A DNA stretch of 64,000 bases, taken from assembly GCA_964650405.1 (NCBI GenBank), contig CAZYTO010000001.1, positions 4,268 through 68,267 on the forward strand. Direction: 5' to 3'. Made by a program: the position numbers and the translations under genes. Origin of the DNA: an uncultured Thermoanaerobaculia bacterium (GTDB lineage: Bacteria > Acidobacteriota > Thermoanaerobaculia > Gp7-AA8). Below, piece by piece: positions 63,074-64,000 of this stretch (positions within the stretch are counted from its first letter, which is position 1; each line of letters begins with the position of its first letter). The notes beneath the pieces are model-generated. The model saw only the letters and a program-made list of their open reading frames with translations. It was not told the origin of the DNA and searched no databases.

Positions 63074-63985
63074 TCAGTCCGCCAGTGCCTCCGCCAGTGT
63101 CGCCGCGAAGGCGTCCGCGGCTCCGTCGCTGCTCAGACCGACGGGGATGTTGTAGCGGAAGATGACGCGGCCGTTCTTGGTGATGGTCGCGCTGCCGCCA
63201 CCGTTGAGATCCTGGCTGTAACGGGAGCCGAAGCGGTTCGAGATCGACGAGGTCGACTCCCACCGGATGGCCACCGGCGCCTCGATGTTGCTGAAGTCGA
63301 CATCGGGGAGGTAACGATGCAGAGCGCGGTAGACCACCAGGTGATCGCCGCCGCCGATGAGGGCCATTTCCTTCACGCCGCGAAGCTCGTTGTGCAGGCG
63401 ATCCAGGGCGCGCTCGTTCCCGCGATAGTGTCCGGGAGTCTCGACGTACACCGGTGCCCGGCGTGGGACCGTCTCCACCGGCACATCCGCTCGCGGTTGC
63501 GCGTCGGTCTGCGACGACTGCGATGACGGTTGCGGCTGCAACTGGGCAACCTGCGGCGGCCGATTCTGCCCGCGCGATACCGGCTGCGGTTGTACCTGCG
63601 CCGGGTTCTGAGGCTTCGTCGTCTGCGGCTGCGAGAGAAGCTGCGGCTGCCCTTGCTGCCCCGGCGGGTTCGAGATTTCGGCGGTCAGTTTCGGCGCGGT
63701 GTCCGTCTTCTGCGGCGTGACGTTCACCGTCGTCTGCGACGGTTTGGACGGGCCGGGCGTCGTCCCTTCGGCGGTGACTTTCGACGAGCTGACCTTCGTG
63801 AACGGCGAGACGATCTCGGAAATCTTCGGCCACAGCGCGTAGGCCGCGCCGCCGATCAACAGCACGACGATGGCCAGGACCGCCATGACCGGCCCGGCGC
63901 TGCTCCGGCGCCGCGGGCCTCCCTGCGGCAGAGGCGTGAGCACGGTCGCCTGCGCGCCGGCTGGTACCGGTACCGGCGGAGGCAC
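63074..63985 (-). CDS. Membrane-anchored hypothetical protein with a Pro/Gln-rich linker and a C-terminal globular domain (start may lie beyond the window end)
   Basis: TM segment VMAVLAIVVLLIGGAAYALW. Long low-complexity PQ-rich linker. C-terminal ~110-aa domain (..HYRGNERALDRLHNELRGVKEMALIGGGDHLVVY..). Confidence 0.4.
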   Translation of the reverse strand: MPPPVPVPAGAQATVLTPLPQGGPRRRSSAGPVMAVLAIVVLLIGGAAYALWPKISEIVSPFTKVSSSKVTAEGTTPGPSKPSQTTVNVTPQKTDTAPKLTAEISNPPGQQGQPQLLSQPQTTKPQNPAQVQPQPVSRGQNRPPQVAQLQPQPSSQSSQTDAQPRADVPVETVPRRAPVYVETPGHYRGNERALDRLHNELRGVKEMALIGGGDHLVVYRALHRYLPDVDFSNIEAPVAIRWESTSSISNRFGSRYSQDLNGGGSATITKNGRVIFRYNIPVGLSSDGAADAFAATLAEALAD

Positions 63986-64000
63986 CGCCGGTTGCGGCGT

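Overview
This is a high-GC (about 65-68%) chromosomal window, probably from an Acidobacteria-like soil bacterium. The lineage call is an inference from gene content: a TonB-dependent receptor with an N-terminal carboxypeptidase-regulatory-like domain, hopanoid genes, tandem CHRD and DUF885 proteins, and a very large alpha-2-macroglobulin. Adjacent genes often overlap by 4 bp (ATGA/GTGA), and GTG/TTG starts are common.

Content from left to right:

(1) A hexuronate/uronate-polysaccharide utilisation locus, about 1.1-14.1 kb: TonB-dependent receptor, frameshifted kdgK, ROK regulator, SDR, heparinase II/III-like lyase, ExuT-like MFS transporter, uxaC, kduD, manD.

(2) A 1.3 kb gene-free gap with a low-GC island that is extremely enriched in the pentamer GAGTC/GACTC.

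(3) A 1,978-aa thioester-containing alpha-2-macroglobulin.

(4) An arginase-fold-like protein, a membrane fatty-acid-desaturase-family protein, and a secreted protein made of six ~78-aa tandem repeats.

(5) A minus-strand isoprenoid/hopanoid operon: shc, hpnH, an HpnG-nucleosidase::eukaryote-type squalene synthase fusion, dxs, ispH.

(6) A TolC/FtsX-like permease/HlyD efflux operon.

(7) A tandem-CHRD secreted protein.

(8) The most interesting region, about 38.8-51.4 kb: a divergently transcribed ~12.5 kb biosynthetic cluster. Its centre is a 1,600-aa fusion of fatty acyl-AMP ligase, ACP, class-III aminotransferase and a Rossmann-fold domain. Around it sit a stand-alone thioester reductase, an ACAD-fold flavoenzyme, a FemXAB-like GNAT transferase, an APH-like kinase, a ferritin-like di-iron protein, a small membrane protein and an MmgE/PrpD protein. 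This gene set resembles the logic of valanimycin/elaiomycin-type azoxy biosynthesis applied to a fatty alkylamine, so it is a candidate aliphatic azoxy (N-N bonded) lipid cluster.

(9) Housekeeping and accessory genes: ICMT-like methyltransferase, DinB-like protein, ABC1/UbiB kinase, VOC protein, FAD oxidoreductase, CPA2 antiporter, DUF885. These are interspersed with a family of GC-rich palindromic intergenic elements.

No rRNA, tRNA, CRISPR or obvious transposase was found. All calls come from reading the translations and sequence by eye; no database searches were run.
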